This document shows, piece after piece, positions 1-8,710 of a DNA stretch of 64,000 nucleotides. Position 1 is the first letter of the stretch, and each line of letters starts with the position of its first letter. The position numbers were made by a program, and so were the translations under genes. The notes beneath the pieces were generated by a model. The model had not been told where the DNA came from. It made no database searches and saw nothing but the letters and a program-made list of their open reading frames with translations. Source of the DNA: a virus; the IMG/VR virus record IMGVR_UViG_3300038393_002515; one strand, 5' to 3'.

Positions 1-1
1 G

Positions 2-1021
2 CTGGCCGGTGCGTCCTCCGGTGAGACGTACGCGGCCGACGCCCTCAACCGCGACCTGGTCACGCAGATGCTGACCAGTTACCAGAACCTGATCTCCTCC
101 CACTACCGCCAGCGCGCCCTCGTCGTTGCCGAGGCCCAGGAGCACTTCGACTACGAAGAGCGCAACGGCAAGCGGTACGTGAAGATGGAGGAGATCTACG
201 AGGTCGACGAGGAGACCGGCGAGGGCCGGATCGTCGAGCAGCCCAAGCTCCTCATCCCCGACCTGCAGTTCAAGACGATGAGCCTCCAGGACGAGGCCGC
301 GCAGAACGAGTTCTTCGAGGCCCTGCGCGAGGCCGGTGTCCCGATCTCGGTCAAGACCCGCCTGCACAACGTCAACATCGACTTCGACGAGGAGATCGAG
401 AAGTCGCGCGACGAGGCCGTCGAGATGGCGGTCGCCGAACAGGAGACCCGCAAGGCCATCTACATCGCGCTCAAGGACAAGGGCCTGCCGATCCCGCAGG
501 ACCTGCGCTCTGACTTCGAGCCGCGCGCCCTGCCCGAGGATCAGGACCCGAACCAGATGCCGACGGCTCCGTCGCGCATCCCGATCCTCGGCATGGACCC
601 GGTCACCTCGCAGCCCACGCTCGCGCCGACCATGCAGGACCTGACCTCGATCCCGCCGGACGGCGGCGTGGCCATGCCTGGCGGCGTGCCGGAGCCGGTC
701 GACGCCGACCAGGGCGAGGGCGAGCAGCGGCCGGACGAGTCCGACGAGGCGCGAGGCGACATGCCCAAGGAGTCCTCGCTGATCCCGTACCCCCGGCCGC
801 GCCTGGACGACGCCACAGGCCTGTTCCAGAACCACGAGCGGATGAAGGCGCTGGCCGACGAGCACCGGCCCAAGGTCCTGGTGCCCGTCGCCCAGGAGGG
901 CGCGGAAAAGCCCGAGGCGATCCAGCGCAAGCAGGCCGTCGGCCTCTACCAGGGCCCGCGCCACCTCGGCATGCGCCGCCACATCCAGGAGGACGAGATC
1001 AACAAGGAGTTGCAGGCATGA
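2..1021 (+). CDS. Virion-module protein, 5'-partial (possibly the portal C-terminal part)
   Basis: The frame is open from the window edge (LAGASSGETYAADALNRDLVTQM...), so the listed ATG at 68 is internal. Acidic, disordered C-terminus. Stop overlaps the next start (ATGA at 1018-1021). The portal assignment rests on position only. Confidence 0.55.
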   Translation: MAGASSGETYAADALNRDLVTQMLTSYQNLISSHYRQRALVVAEAQEHFDYEERNGKRYVKMEEIYEVDEETGEGRIVEQPKLLIPDLQFKTMSLQDEAAQNEFFEALREAGVPISVKTRLHNVNIDFDEEIEKSRDEAVEMAVAEQETRKAIYIALKDKGLPIPQDLRSDFEPRALPEDQDPNQMPTAPSRIPILGMDPVTSQPTLAPTMQDLTSIPPDGGVAMPGGVPEPVDADQGEGEQRPDESDEARGDMPKESSLIPYPRPRLDDATGLFQNHERMKALADEHRPKVLVPVAQEGAEKPEAIQRKQAVGLYQGPRHLGMRRHIQEDEINKELQA

Positions 1022-3918
1022 CGTTCACCCTGGTCCCGATCACGCGGACCTACCTCGACGGCTCGGGGAACCCGCGTACCGGAACGGTTCGGCTGCAACT
1101 CGTCGGCGTGCTCACCAACAACGGGGAGATCGCCGACCGGCGGCCGTACAGCGCCACGCTGGACGCGCAGGGGAAGATATCCCTGAGCGTCCCGGCCACC
1201 AACGACCCGGACACGCTCCCGGTTGGGGGCGGCACCTACGAGGTGACCGAGACCCTGTCCGGGCTGGCCACGGCCACATACTTCATCGCCGTGCCGTACG
1301 ACGGAGGCCCGATCGACCTGGCGACGGCGCCCCGGCTCGCGCAGGCCCTCGCGCCGGGCATCTTCTTCCAGCCCATCAACCAGCGCGGTCTGCCCAACGG
1401 GTACGCGATCCTGGACGGCTCCGGCCGCGTCCCCTACAGCCAGCTGCCCACCGACATCGGCTCCGGCGGCGGGGGCGGCGGGGGCGCCACCCCGATCAGC
1501 GGCGACGACACCGACATCCAGTCCCTGGGCGTGCGGGCCGCTGGAGCCAGCGGCAAGGCCGCCGACGCCCGGCACGTCCACCAGATGCCGCTCCTGCACC
1601 AGGTGGGCAAGCCGACCTCGGACGTCGATCTGAACGGCAGGCGGATCACGAACGCCGCCGACGGCATCAACCCGCAGGACTACGCCACCGTAGCCCAGCT
1701 CGGCCAGTCTGTCCTCGGCTGGTTCAACGTCAAGGACAAGCAGTACGGCGCCAAGGGCGACGGCACCACGGACGACACGGCGGCCATCCAGGCCGCGATC
1801 GACGCGTGCCCGGCCGGTGGCGTCGTCTACCTGCCGCAGGGCATCTACCGCACCTCCTCGACGCTGTACCCGAAGCCGGGCATCGTCATCCAGGGAGCGC
1901 ACGCGTCCCTGATGTCCGGGGTCAACCTCACCGACCCGCCCTGCTACATCCAGCCGCTGACCTCGTTCACCGGCAACGCGCTGATCACCTTCAAGGACCA
2001 GGCCTCCGGGGGCTACGCGAACCTGCCCGCCGAGCACCGGCTGAACGACATCATGCTCGACGGCTCGACACTGGACGGCACCAAGCCGGTCGACGGCATC
2101 TACGCGGCCGGGAACATCCAGAACGTCGTCATGCGCAACGTGACGATCCGGAAGATGTCGAACAACGGCATCGTCACCGCCGGGATCGACAACGTCTTCC
2201 CCTACAGCTGGCGCCTGCACTCGGTGATGATCGACAACTGCCGTGGCAACGGCATGCTCATCACCCGCATGACCGACCTCACCATGATCGACTGTCAGGC
2301 GATCGGCTGCTGGGCCACCGGCTTCAAGTTCACGAACATCGCCAACTCCACCCTGTCGGTCTGCCGGGCCGAGTGGAACGGCAACCACGGCTTCTGGCTC
2401 ACCGGCTCCTGGGGTAACGCCGCCGGATCCGGCGGCGCCATCCTGTCCGCCTGCAGCACCGACCGCAACGGCTGGGACGGCGTACACGTGGACGCCACCG
2501 GCAACGGCCCGCTCACCATCAGCGCGCTCACCACGCGGCGCGACGGACGCAACGGCGGCTCCGGCGGCGGCGGGTATGCGGGCCTGGCCATCAAGAACGC
2601 CACGCTGCCCGTCGTCGTCGATGGCGTCACCTGCTACACCAGCACCGACGACGACGGTACCGGCGCCCCCTCCCCCGACTACGGCGCCAGCATCACCGGC
2701 AACACCAGCGTGCAGCTGTCCGTCGGCTACCTGCACGGCTTTCTCGGCGGTCTGCACGACGACAACACCAATGCCAGCCTCGTCCTCACCCCGGGCGTCA
2801 CCCTGGTCAGCGGCCCGACCACCAACCCGGCGCGTACGGTGAAGCCCTCACCGACGGACTGGATCAACGCCAAAGACCCCAAGTACGGCGCCAGGGGCGA
2901 CGGCGTCACCGACGACACGGCCGCGCTGCAGGCCGCAGTAAGCGCCGCCGCCGCCCTGAAGACCACCCTCTACATACCCAACGGCACCTACATCGTGTCC
3001 ACGCCCGTCGTCCTCCCGGCCGGAGAGGGCTACTCCATCGTCGGCTCCGGCTGGGGCACGTCCCTGAAGCTGAAGGCAGCCTCCAACTGCTTCATCCTAA
3101 AGATGACCGGCGCCGACACCCGGGTCACCATCCGCGACCTGACCCTCGACGGCAACTGCCTGGAGCAGGGCGCCACCGGCACCTCCGGCGGCATCGACGG
3201 CTCCGGCGCCGTCGCCTGCCGCATCGACAACGTGCACTTCACCGCCTGCCGCGACGACGGGCTCTACCTCGCCGGACAGACGGGCGGAGCGTTCGGGCAC
3301 AACAACCGCATCATCGGCTGCTTGTTCGACCAGTCCATGACGTCGACCGGCCCCGGCCGGGGCATCCAGATGAACAGCAACGACGAGAACCAGATCATCG
3401 GCTGTGACTTCGAGTTCCTCGGCGGCTCCGGCGGCACGGGTGCCGATACCGCCGTGTGCATCCTCGACAAGGCGGGCACGCAGTTCATCTCCGACTGCAA
3501 TTTCGTCGGCGGAGCCACGAACAACACCAAGGGCGTCCGCCTGCAGGACTGCAGCGCAACCAAGATCGAGGGATGCAACTTCGACGGCACCGCCGGTGAC
3601 TCGATCTTCGTCGCCGCCACCGGCAACGTCATCGTCGGCAACACCATCTTCAGCCCCGGCGAAGTCGGCACCCTCAGCGGCCAGGTCTCCGGCATCCACC
3701 TGGAATACGCCACCAAGAACAACCTGATCAGCGCCAACTCCATCGCCTCCTCGCCCACCAACGGCAAGACCCGCAGCCTCATCCGCGAGGAAGCAACAGG
3801 CAGCGCCGGACCCAACCTCATCACCAACAACGTCCTGATCACCAAGGGGACGCTCGCGGTGGCGGCCACCGAGTTCGCGGGCGCCGGATCCATCACGACC
3901 CCCAACCTCGGCGTCTGA
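1018..3918 (+). CDS. Tailspike/depolymerase-like protein with two tandem pectate-lyase-type beta-helix domains
   Basis: Two copies of the beta-helix N-cap signature (YGAKGDGTTDDTAAIQAAIDAC, YGARGDGVTDDTAALQAAV), each followed by Gly/Asn/Thr-rich repeats. Translationally coupled to the upstream ORF. Confidence 0.8.
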   Translation: MTFTLVPITRTYLDGSGNPRTGTVRLQLVGVLTNNGEIADRRPYSATLDAQGKISLSVPATNDPDTLPVGGGTYEVTETLSGLATATYFIAVPYDGGPIDLATAPRLAQALAPGIFFQPINQRGLPNGYAILDGSGRVPYSQLPTDIGSGGGGGGGATPISGDDTDIQSLGVRAAGASGKAADARHVHQMPLLHQVGKPTSDVDLNGRRITNAADGINPQDYATVAQLGQSVLGWFNVKDKQYGAKGDGTTDDTAAIQAAIDACPAGGVVYLPQGIYRTSSTLYPKPGIVIQGAHASLMSGVNLTDPPCYIQPLTSFTGNALITFKDQASGGYANLPAEHRLNDIMLDGSTLDGTKPVDGIYAAGNIQNVVMRNVTIRKMSNNGIVTAGIDNVFPYSWRLHSVMIDNCRGNGMLITRMTDLTMIDCQAIGCWATGFKFTNIANSTLSVCRAEWNGNHGFWLTGSWGNAAGSGGAILSACSTDRNGWDGVHVDATGNGPLTISALTTRRDGRNGGSGGGGYAGLAIKNATLPVVVDGVTCYTSTDDDGTGAPSPDYGASITGNTSVQLSVGYLHGFLGGLHDDNTNASLVLTPGVTLVSGPTTNPARTVKPSPTDWINAKDPKYGARGDGVTDDTAALQAAVSAAAALKTTLYIPNGTYIVSTPVVLPAGEGYSIVGSGWGTSLKLKAASNCFILKMTGADTRVTIRDLTLDGNCLEQGATGTSGGIDGSGAVACRIDNVHFTACRDDGLYLAGQTGGAFGHNNRIIGCLFDQSMTSTGPGRGIQMNSNDENQIIGCDFEFLGGSGGTGADTAVCILDKAGTQFISDCNFVGGATNNTKGVRLQDCSATKIEGCNFDGTAGDSIFVAATGNVIVGNTIFSPGEVGTLSGQVSGIHLEYATKNNLISANSIASSPTNGKTRSLIREEATGSAGPNLITNNVLITKGTLAVAATEFAGAGSITTPNLGV

Positions 3919-3920
3919 CT

Positions 3921-3956
3921 GCTGTCCCGGCCCGGCGGCTCCTCCCCAAGGGGTGA
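3921..3956 (+). promoter_or_regulatory. Bipartite late-gene element copy 1 (GCTGTC-N23-GGGGTGA)
   Basis: GCTGTC 3921-3926 and GGGGTGA 3950-3956. CCTCCC 3941-3946 can pair with the SD GGGAGG 3976-3981. Endolysin ATG is at 3989. Confidence 0.6.
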
Positions 3957-3988
3957 GATCTCACACCACCCCTTCGGGAGGGCACCCC

Positions 3989-4858
3989 ATGACCACGACC
4001 CCCGACTGGCGCCGCCTGGTCGACCACGTCCAGTCCATACCCGAGAAGATCTACGAGACCTGGAACAGCCGCGACGGCTGGGACAACCACACCATCTTCG
4101 GCAAGGAGTACGGCTGGGACGGTGTGGCCTGGTGCTGCATCTTCGACTGGGACATGTACCACGACTGCGGCCTCGACGCGATCGTCCCCAAGACCGCGTC
4201 CGTCGCGGGCATGACCGCCTGGGCCAAGCAGAAGGGCCAGTGGAGCGAGTACCCGAGCATCGGCGCCTGGGTCAACTTCTCCAACGGCGGCCACACCGAG
4301 ATCGTCGTCGGCTTCGACGAGACGTGGGTGTACACCAAGGGCGGCAACAGCATCCAGACCGGGTCCGAGGACAACGGCCAGGGCAACGGCGTCTGGTCCC
4401 ACACCACCGCCCGCCGCGCCACCAAGGTCGTCGGCTACTTCGCCCCGCACTTCCCCGACGGCGTCTGCCCTCCCACCGCCGACCCCAACGACCCGCGCGG
4501 CGGCAAGGCGGTCGCCTCCTGGCGCTGGTCGCCGCAGGTCACCCCCGCGCCGACCAAGCCGACCCCGTCCACCCCGGCGCCGACCAAGCCGAAGTGCCCG
4601 GCCTTCCCCGGCCGCCAGTACTTCAAGCTCGGCGCGAAGAACAAGTACGCCAAGCAGCTGCAGACCTGGCTCGACAAGGGCAACTGGGGCCCCAAGTACG
4701 TCATCGGCCCGTCCGACACCATGACCCAGAAGGACCTCGACAAGGTCAAGGCGCTGCAGGCGCACTACCTCTCCGCGCTCGGCCCGGCCGACGGCCTGTG
4801 CGGCCCGAAGACCTGGCAGTACGCCTTCGAGGTCGCCAACGGTCTGCGCAAGAAGTAG
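3989..4858 (+). CDS. Endolysin: N-terminal CHAP-type amidase/peptidase plus C-terminal peptidoglycan-binding domain
   Basis: Cys (GVAWCCIFDW) and His (GGHTEIVVGFDE) spacing typical of CHAP. Pro/Thr linker with a repeated APTKP. C-terminal LQ..L...GP.DG.CGPKT motif as in PG_binding_1. SD GGGAGGG lies 7 nt before ATG 3989; the listed GTG 3953 sits inside the repeat element. Confidence 0.85.
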   Translation: MTTTPDWRRLVDHVQSIPEKIYETWNSRDGWDNHTIFGKEYGWDGVAWCCIFDWDMYHDCGLDAIVPKTASVAGMTAWAKQKGQWSEYPSIGAWVNFSNGGHTEIVVGFDETWVYTKGGNSIQTGSEDNGQGNGVWSHTTARRATKVVGYFAPHFPDGVCPPTADPNDPRGGKAVASWRWSPQVTPAPTKPTPSTPAPTKPKCPAFPGRQYFKLGAKNKYAKQLQTWLDKGNWGPKYVIGPSDTMTQKDLDKVKALQAHYLSALGPADGLCGPKTWQYAFEVANGLRKK

Positions 4859-4868
4859 CACGCACGGT

Positions 4869-4906
4869 GAAGGCCCGGATTGTGATCATCCGCAATCCGG
4901 GCCTTC
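4869..4906 (+). terminator. Hairpin, intrinsic-terminator-like, after the endolysin gene
   Basis: GAAGGCCCGGATTG (4869-4882) / CAATCCGGGCCTTC (4893-4906): 14-bp perfect stem, 10-nt loop. Confidence 0.6.
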
Positions 4907-4909
4907 GCC

Positions 4910-4945
4910 CTGTCTGGCATGCACGCGGCTGCCGCCAAGGGGTGA
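4910..4945 (+). promoter_or_regulatory. Bipartite late-gene element copy 2 (CTGTC-N24-GGGGTGA)
   Basis: Starts 4 nt after hairpin 4869-4906. GGGGTGA 4939-4945. Next start is ATG 4987. Confidence 0.6.
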
Positions 4946-4986
4946 AGACGCCCCCACACCACCACCCTGAAGCAGGAGTTGCGCCC

Positions 4987-5337
4987 ATGGCCCAGCAGAC
5001 CGACCCCACCACCCTGGGGGACCTGTGGCGGATGATCGAGCGTGACTCGAACCTCACCCGCGAACAGGTCAGGCGTGAGATCGACGACGTCAAGGGTCGT
5101 CTGCAGAGCTTCGTGACACGCGACCACTTCGAGGCCGAGAAGCGGCTGCTGGAGGCCCGCATCGACCACCTGGAGCAGGTCGTCGAGCGCTGGGAGCAAG
5201 AGGCCGAGGAGCAGGCCAGGTCGACCGCCGCCCAGGCCGACTCCCGCAGGCAGAGCCGCCGCGAGTTCGTCTACAAGGGGATCATCCCGGTCCTCGCCCT
5301 CGTTATCGCGGTCGTCTCCATCGTCGCCTCCCGCTGA
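4987..5337 (+). CDS. Tail-anchored membrane protein with coiled-coil (candidate lysis accessory / holin-like)
   Basis: MAQQTDPTT... with a charged heptad-like middle part and one C-terminal hydrophobic helix (GIIPVLALVIAVVSIVA). Sits directly after the endolysin. Function inferred from position only. Confidence 0.6.
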   Translation: MAQQTDPTTLGDLWRMIERDSNLTREQVRREIDDVKGRLQSFVTRDHFEAEKRLLEARIDHLEQVVERWEQEAEEQARSTAAQADSRRQSRREFVYKGIIPVLALVIAVVSIVASR

Positions 5338-5343
5338 GCCCTT

Positions 5344-5379
5344 GCTGTCGCTCCACCGGCGGCAGACCCCAAGGGCTGA
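5344..5379 (+). promoter_or_regulatory. Bipartite late-gene element copy 3 (GCTGTC-N23-GGGCTGA)
   Basis: One mismatch in the 3' box. CCACCGGC 5353-5360 pairs with GCCGGTGG 5404-5411, enclosing the SD GAGGGAGG and the start GTG 5408. Confidence 0.55.
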
Positions 5380-5407
5380 AGGAAACAGGCCGTTGAGGGA
5401 GGCGCCG

Positions 5408-8236
5408 GTGGGCGGCAAGTTCGAGCGCGGCGAGCGCCTGGAGCACCAGACGCTGGGCGTGCAGCGGCTCGCGGTGCGCTCCGAGGACTACTGGGAGTAC
5501 AAGCCCGAGCAGCGCGTCCGGACGATCGACGGCGTCACCGGCGTTGTCAAGCACGTCGAGGACGGACCCTTCCCCGGTGCTGAGGAGTATCACGTCGTCC
5601 TGGACCGGGGCATGGGTGGCGGCCAGTACACCGCCTCGCAGCTCAGCCCGGCCCCCATCACCACCGAGGCCATGGAGCAGACGGCGGCCGCCGACTACCC
5701 CGAGCTCTCCCAGATCCTCGTCGAGCGCCCGGACCCGGCCCGCCAGTTCGTCACGGCGGGCAAGAACCCCTTCGCCGATGACGACAACGACGATGACTCC
5801 TCTGACGAGGGCGACGACTCTCATGACGACTCGCAAGACGACCCACATGACGAGGACGACGACTCCGACGAGGACGACTCGGACGACGACTCCGACGACA
5901 AGGACGCTGACGGCGACGACGCGCCTCCGTGGGCCAAGAAGGCGTCCTCCCTCTTCTCCGACCTGGTTGTGACGGCTGCCACCGATGTCGACTTCCGCTT
6001 CCACATCACGGCCGCCTGGCGCGACGTGGTGGCCAAGGCCAAGCGGATCCGTTCCGAGGGCCGCCTGCGCGTCACTCTCGCCTCCGACGGCTACGTGTTC
6101 GGCGAGGTCAAGGGTGACCACCACGTGTACGAGACCGGCCTGCAGCGCCTGCCTGGCCGGGTGGCCGCGCACTCCTGGTCCTGCGGCTGCAAGTGGGGCG
6201 CCTACCACTGGGGCGCCGACGACGACTTCTCCCGGTTCGCCGGGCGCATGTGCTCCCACGCCCTGGCCCTGCAGTACGAGGCCCAGTCGAGGGGGATGTT
6301 CGGCCGCGACATTCACGTGGACGAGCACAAGCCCACCTGGGTGCCCCGCAAGGTCGTCGTCCGCTACGACATCGACGCCGACACCAACCGGCTCGCGCCG
6401 TCGACCGCCCGCAAGCTCGCCTCGTGGGACGCCCCTGAACCCTCCATGTGGGACATGCATTACGGCGACGACCACGACCACGAAGCCGAGCGCCAGGCCA
6501 AGTCGGACGAGTGGGACAGCATTCACGAGGGACTGGGGGACATCCATCGAGGCGTGAACGTCCACCTGCGCCCCGAGGATCACGCGATCGTCCACGACGA
6601 GTCCCGGCCGCTACACGAGCGCGCCCAGCACCTGCTCAAGTCGCTCCCGCACAGCGACCTGGGCCGTGGCCGCGAGGGCCTGGGACGACACTGGACCGAC
6701 AACGAGGGCGTGGCTGAGTCCTTCGGTGACATGGACGACCGCCCGAACCGGCACGGCACGCACCCGACCTCGGTCATCTTCCACGCCGAGAAGCCCGACC
6801 GGCACGCGATCGACGAGGACCCGGACCAGTCGGACGGGATGATCTACGGCTACCACGACCACGGCGAGAGCGAGATCCCGCTCCACCCTGGGGCCGGGGT
6901 GAACCTCAAGGGCATCTCCTGGAAGAACATGGACACGCCCGACGAGGACTTTCGGACCTTCAAGGGCGACGGCCTCTTCGATCACTACTGGGAGCACCAG
7001 CGTCACGACTTCCCGGGCGGCCAGCACGCCTACGCGTCGCTGAGCAAGGCCCCGTTGTCCACCGTCGCGCGCGCTGCCGTGGCGGCCGGTGAGGACAGTG
7101 CCGAGGTCGAGTTGGCCATGCGCACGGTGGGTATTCGACGGACGGCCAGCAGCTGGGACGAGTACCACGAGGACGAAAACGGCCGCCGGTACACCCTCGA
7201 CGAGGACGGCGAGCCGAACTACACCTGCCACAACAAGTACTGCGACGAGGGCGGCGAGCACGGCGGCGACGGCGAGACCGCACAGCGGCACGACGACGTC
7301 TACACCGACTGGGACACCGTTCACCCGCACCTCGGTCCGCACCTCCACCGGGGCATGGCCGTCAGCCTGCCGGACGACGTGCACGGCGTCGTCCATGACG
7401 ACGGCAGGCCGGTAGAAGAGCGCGCGAGCGCGCTGGCCGACCACCTTCGCGAAGAGGGGCTCGGTACGCACTGGACCCCGAACCACGACCAGGCCAGGCA
7501 CTACTCGGGCATCACCGACGGCCGGGACCGCGACACACACGTCATCCTGCACGCCCACACCCCGGCCAAGGAGCACATCGAGACCGACCCCGACGAGCTG
7601 GCCCGCCAGGACGTCATCGCCATGGGCGACCACGACGACGCCGAGGTGCCTCTGCAGTCCGGCGCCCCGGTGAAACTGAAGGGCATTTCCTGGAGGCACC
7701 GTACCGACAAAAAGTGGACCCGGCACGACTTCCCTGGCGGCCTGCAGCACGAGGCCAACGCCAACGCGCCGTTCGGAGAGCCGTCGGGGACGTCGTACGT
7801 GCTGCCCAAGGCGCCGGGTGCGACGGCGCCGAAGAAGCCGTGGGAGAACCCGGCCTCCGCCGGGCCGCTGGCGGGCGCGGACCCGGCGGGCTGGAACCGG
7901 CAGCTGCCGCTGCAGTCGTACGCGGGCATGGACACCGCGCTGTTCGAGCCCGGCGGTACGGAGGCGACGCTGCACGACGAGCCGGAGGGGGCGCTGCCGT
8001 CCACGGACGGTGCGGTGCCGACGGACGAGGCGTCGGATCTGACGCCGTCGATGACGGCGGGTCTGAAGCGGCAGGCGCTGAAGGACTTCACCTTGGCTGA
8101 GCAGCAGGCGCTGATCAACGAGGGCGAGAACGTGCGGGCGGCGAACCTCGACCGCCTGGACATCAAGGGGACCCACTACGCCGACCTGGAGAGCGTCCTG
8201 GCGGCACAGGAGGAGGACACCACATGGCTGGCCTGA
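5408..8236 (+). CDS. Large SWIM zinc-finger protein with poly-Asp tract and two tandem ~120-aa repeats (polyvalent/ejected-protein-like)
   Basis: SWIM signature SCGCKWGAYHW...RMCSHALAL (nt 6182-6259). Asp-rich run nt 5777-5920. Internal repeat HRG..V.L..D.H..VHD..RP..ERA...GLG.HWT...LKGISW at nt 6545-6928 and 7346-7699. Start taken as GTG 5408 after SD GAGGGAGG. Confidence 0.75.
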   Translation: MGGKFERGERLEHQTLGVQRLAVRSEDYWEYKPEQRVRTIDGVTGVVKHVEDGPFPGAEEYHVVLDRGMGGGQYTASQLSPAPITTEAMEQTAAADYPELSQILVERPDPARQFVTAGKNPFADDDNDDDSSDEGDDSHDDSQDDPHDEDDDSDEDDSDDDSDDKDADGDDAPPWAKKASSLFSDLVVTAATDVDFRFHITAAWRDVVAKAKRIRSEGRLRVTLASDGYVFGEVKGDHHVYETGLQRLPGRVAAHSWSCGCKWGAYHWGADDDFSRFAGRMCSHALALQYEAQSRGMFGRDIHVDEHKPTWVPRKVVVRYDIDADTNRLAPSTARKLASWDAPEPSMWDMHYGDDHDHEAERQAKSDEWDSIHEGLGDIHRGVNVHLRPEDHAIVHDESRPLHERAQHLLKSLPHSDLGRGREGLGRHWTDNEGVAESFGDMDDRPNRHGTHPTSVIFHAEKPDRHAIDEDPDQSDGMIYGYHDHGESEIPLHPGAGVNLKGISWKNMDTPDEDFRTFKGDGLFDHYWEHQRHDFPGGQHAYASLSKAPLSTVARAAVAAGEDSAEVELAMRTVGIRRTASSWDEYHEDENGRRYTLDEDGEPNYTCHNKYCDEGGEHGGDGETAQRHDDVYTDWDTVHPHLGPHLHRGMAVSLPDDVHGVVHDDGRPVEERASALADHLREEGLGTHWTPNHDQARHYSGITDGRDRDTHVILHAHTPAKEHIETDPDELARQDVIAMGDHDDAEVPLQSGAPVKLKGISWRHRTDKKWTRHDFPGGLQHEANANAPFGEPSGTSYVLPKAPGATAPKKPWENPASAGPLAGADPAGWNRQLPLQSYAGMDTALFEPGGTEATLHDEPEGALPSTDGAVPTDEASDLTPSMTAGLKRQALKDFTLAEQQALINEGENVRAANLDRLDIKGTHYADLESVLAAQEEDTTWLA
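5777..5920 (+). repeat. GAC/GAT-rich low-complexity tract encoding ~48 mostly Asp/Ser/Glu residues
   Basis: DDDNDDDSSDEGDDSHDDSQDDPHDEDDDSDEDDSDDDSDDKDADGDD, read directly from the frame of the 5408-8236 CDS. Confidence 0.9.
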
Positions 8237-8658
8237 CGACCGACGACACCGAGTCGATGCCCGCCGAGGCGGCGGTCGACGGTACCGATCCGAAGTGCCC
8301 GTTCCTGGGTGACAGTCAGCGCTTCACCTGGTCCCGTGAGCTGGAGATGGGCCAGCTGCAGGACGAGGTCACCGAGGCCATGGGCTCGGCCGTCCGGCTG
8401 GCGGCGTTCTTCCCGCTCGATGACGAGGGGAACCGGCTCGGGGTGGACGCGCAAAATCCGGTCACCGTGTACGTCACGCCGTCCTCGGCGGACCTGGCGG
8501 CGGTGAAGCAGGTGCTGGCCGCGCACAGGCCGGATCCGTACTACGGCATGACGGACGAGGAGAAGGCGCAGGTGCAGCTGCGGGAGAAGATAGCGGCGGG
8601 CCAGGCGCTGTCTCCGGAGGAGATGACGCTGGCCCTGCAGATGCTGATCTCCGGCTGA
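8224..8658 (+). CDS. Hypothetical protein
   Basis: 144-aa ORF with G/C-rich third positions. Its ATG overlaps the end of the upstream CDS. Followed by a strong hairpin. Confidence 0.7.
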   Translation: MAGLTTDDTESMPAEAAVDGTDPKCPFLGDSQRFTWSRELEMGQLQDEVTEAMGSAVRLAAFFPLDDEGNRLGVDAQNPVTVYVTPSSADLAAVKQVLAAHRPDPYYGMTDEEKAQVQLREKIAAGQALSPEEMTLALQMLISG

Positions 8659-8670
8659 AAAACCGCATTT

Positions 8671-8708
8671 CCGTCGAGCCGCCTTTCCGTTGAAGGGCGG
8701 CTCGACGG
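8671..8708. terminator. Bidirectional terminator-like hairpin between convergent genes
   Basis: CCGTCGAGCCGCC (8671-8683) / GGCGGCTCGACGG (8696-8708): 13-bp perfect stem. Lies between the + gene ending at 8658 and the - gene ending at 8711. Confidence 0.65.
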
Positions 8709-8710
8709 CG

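Noticed and set aside
946-2757. Very long antisense or off-frame ORFs. Examples: 946-2757 (-, 603 aa), 12900-15662 (-, 920 aa), 27282-29759 (-, 825 aa), 40050-41963 (-, 637 aa), 45701-48553 (-, 950 aa), 51028-52920 (-, 630 aa), 59137-61494 (-, 785 aa).
   Set aside because: These are typical high-G+C artefacts. They are Arg/Gly/Val/Asp/His-rich low-complexity translations and mirror a sense frame that has recognisable domains and a strong G/C third-position bias. They also lack plausible SD/start contexts.
3953-3988. GTG codons inside the GGGGTGA box used by the ORF track as starts (3953, 24876, 43730).
   Set aside because: The GTG is part of the conserved element and has no room for an SD. 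Better starts with proper SD spacing follow at 3989, 24894 and 43763. The box GTG was in-frame with the downstream gene in 5 of the 11 copies I checked, not far from the one in three expected by chance.
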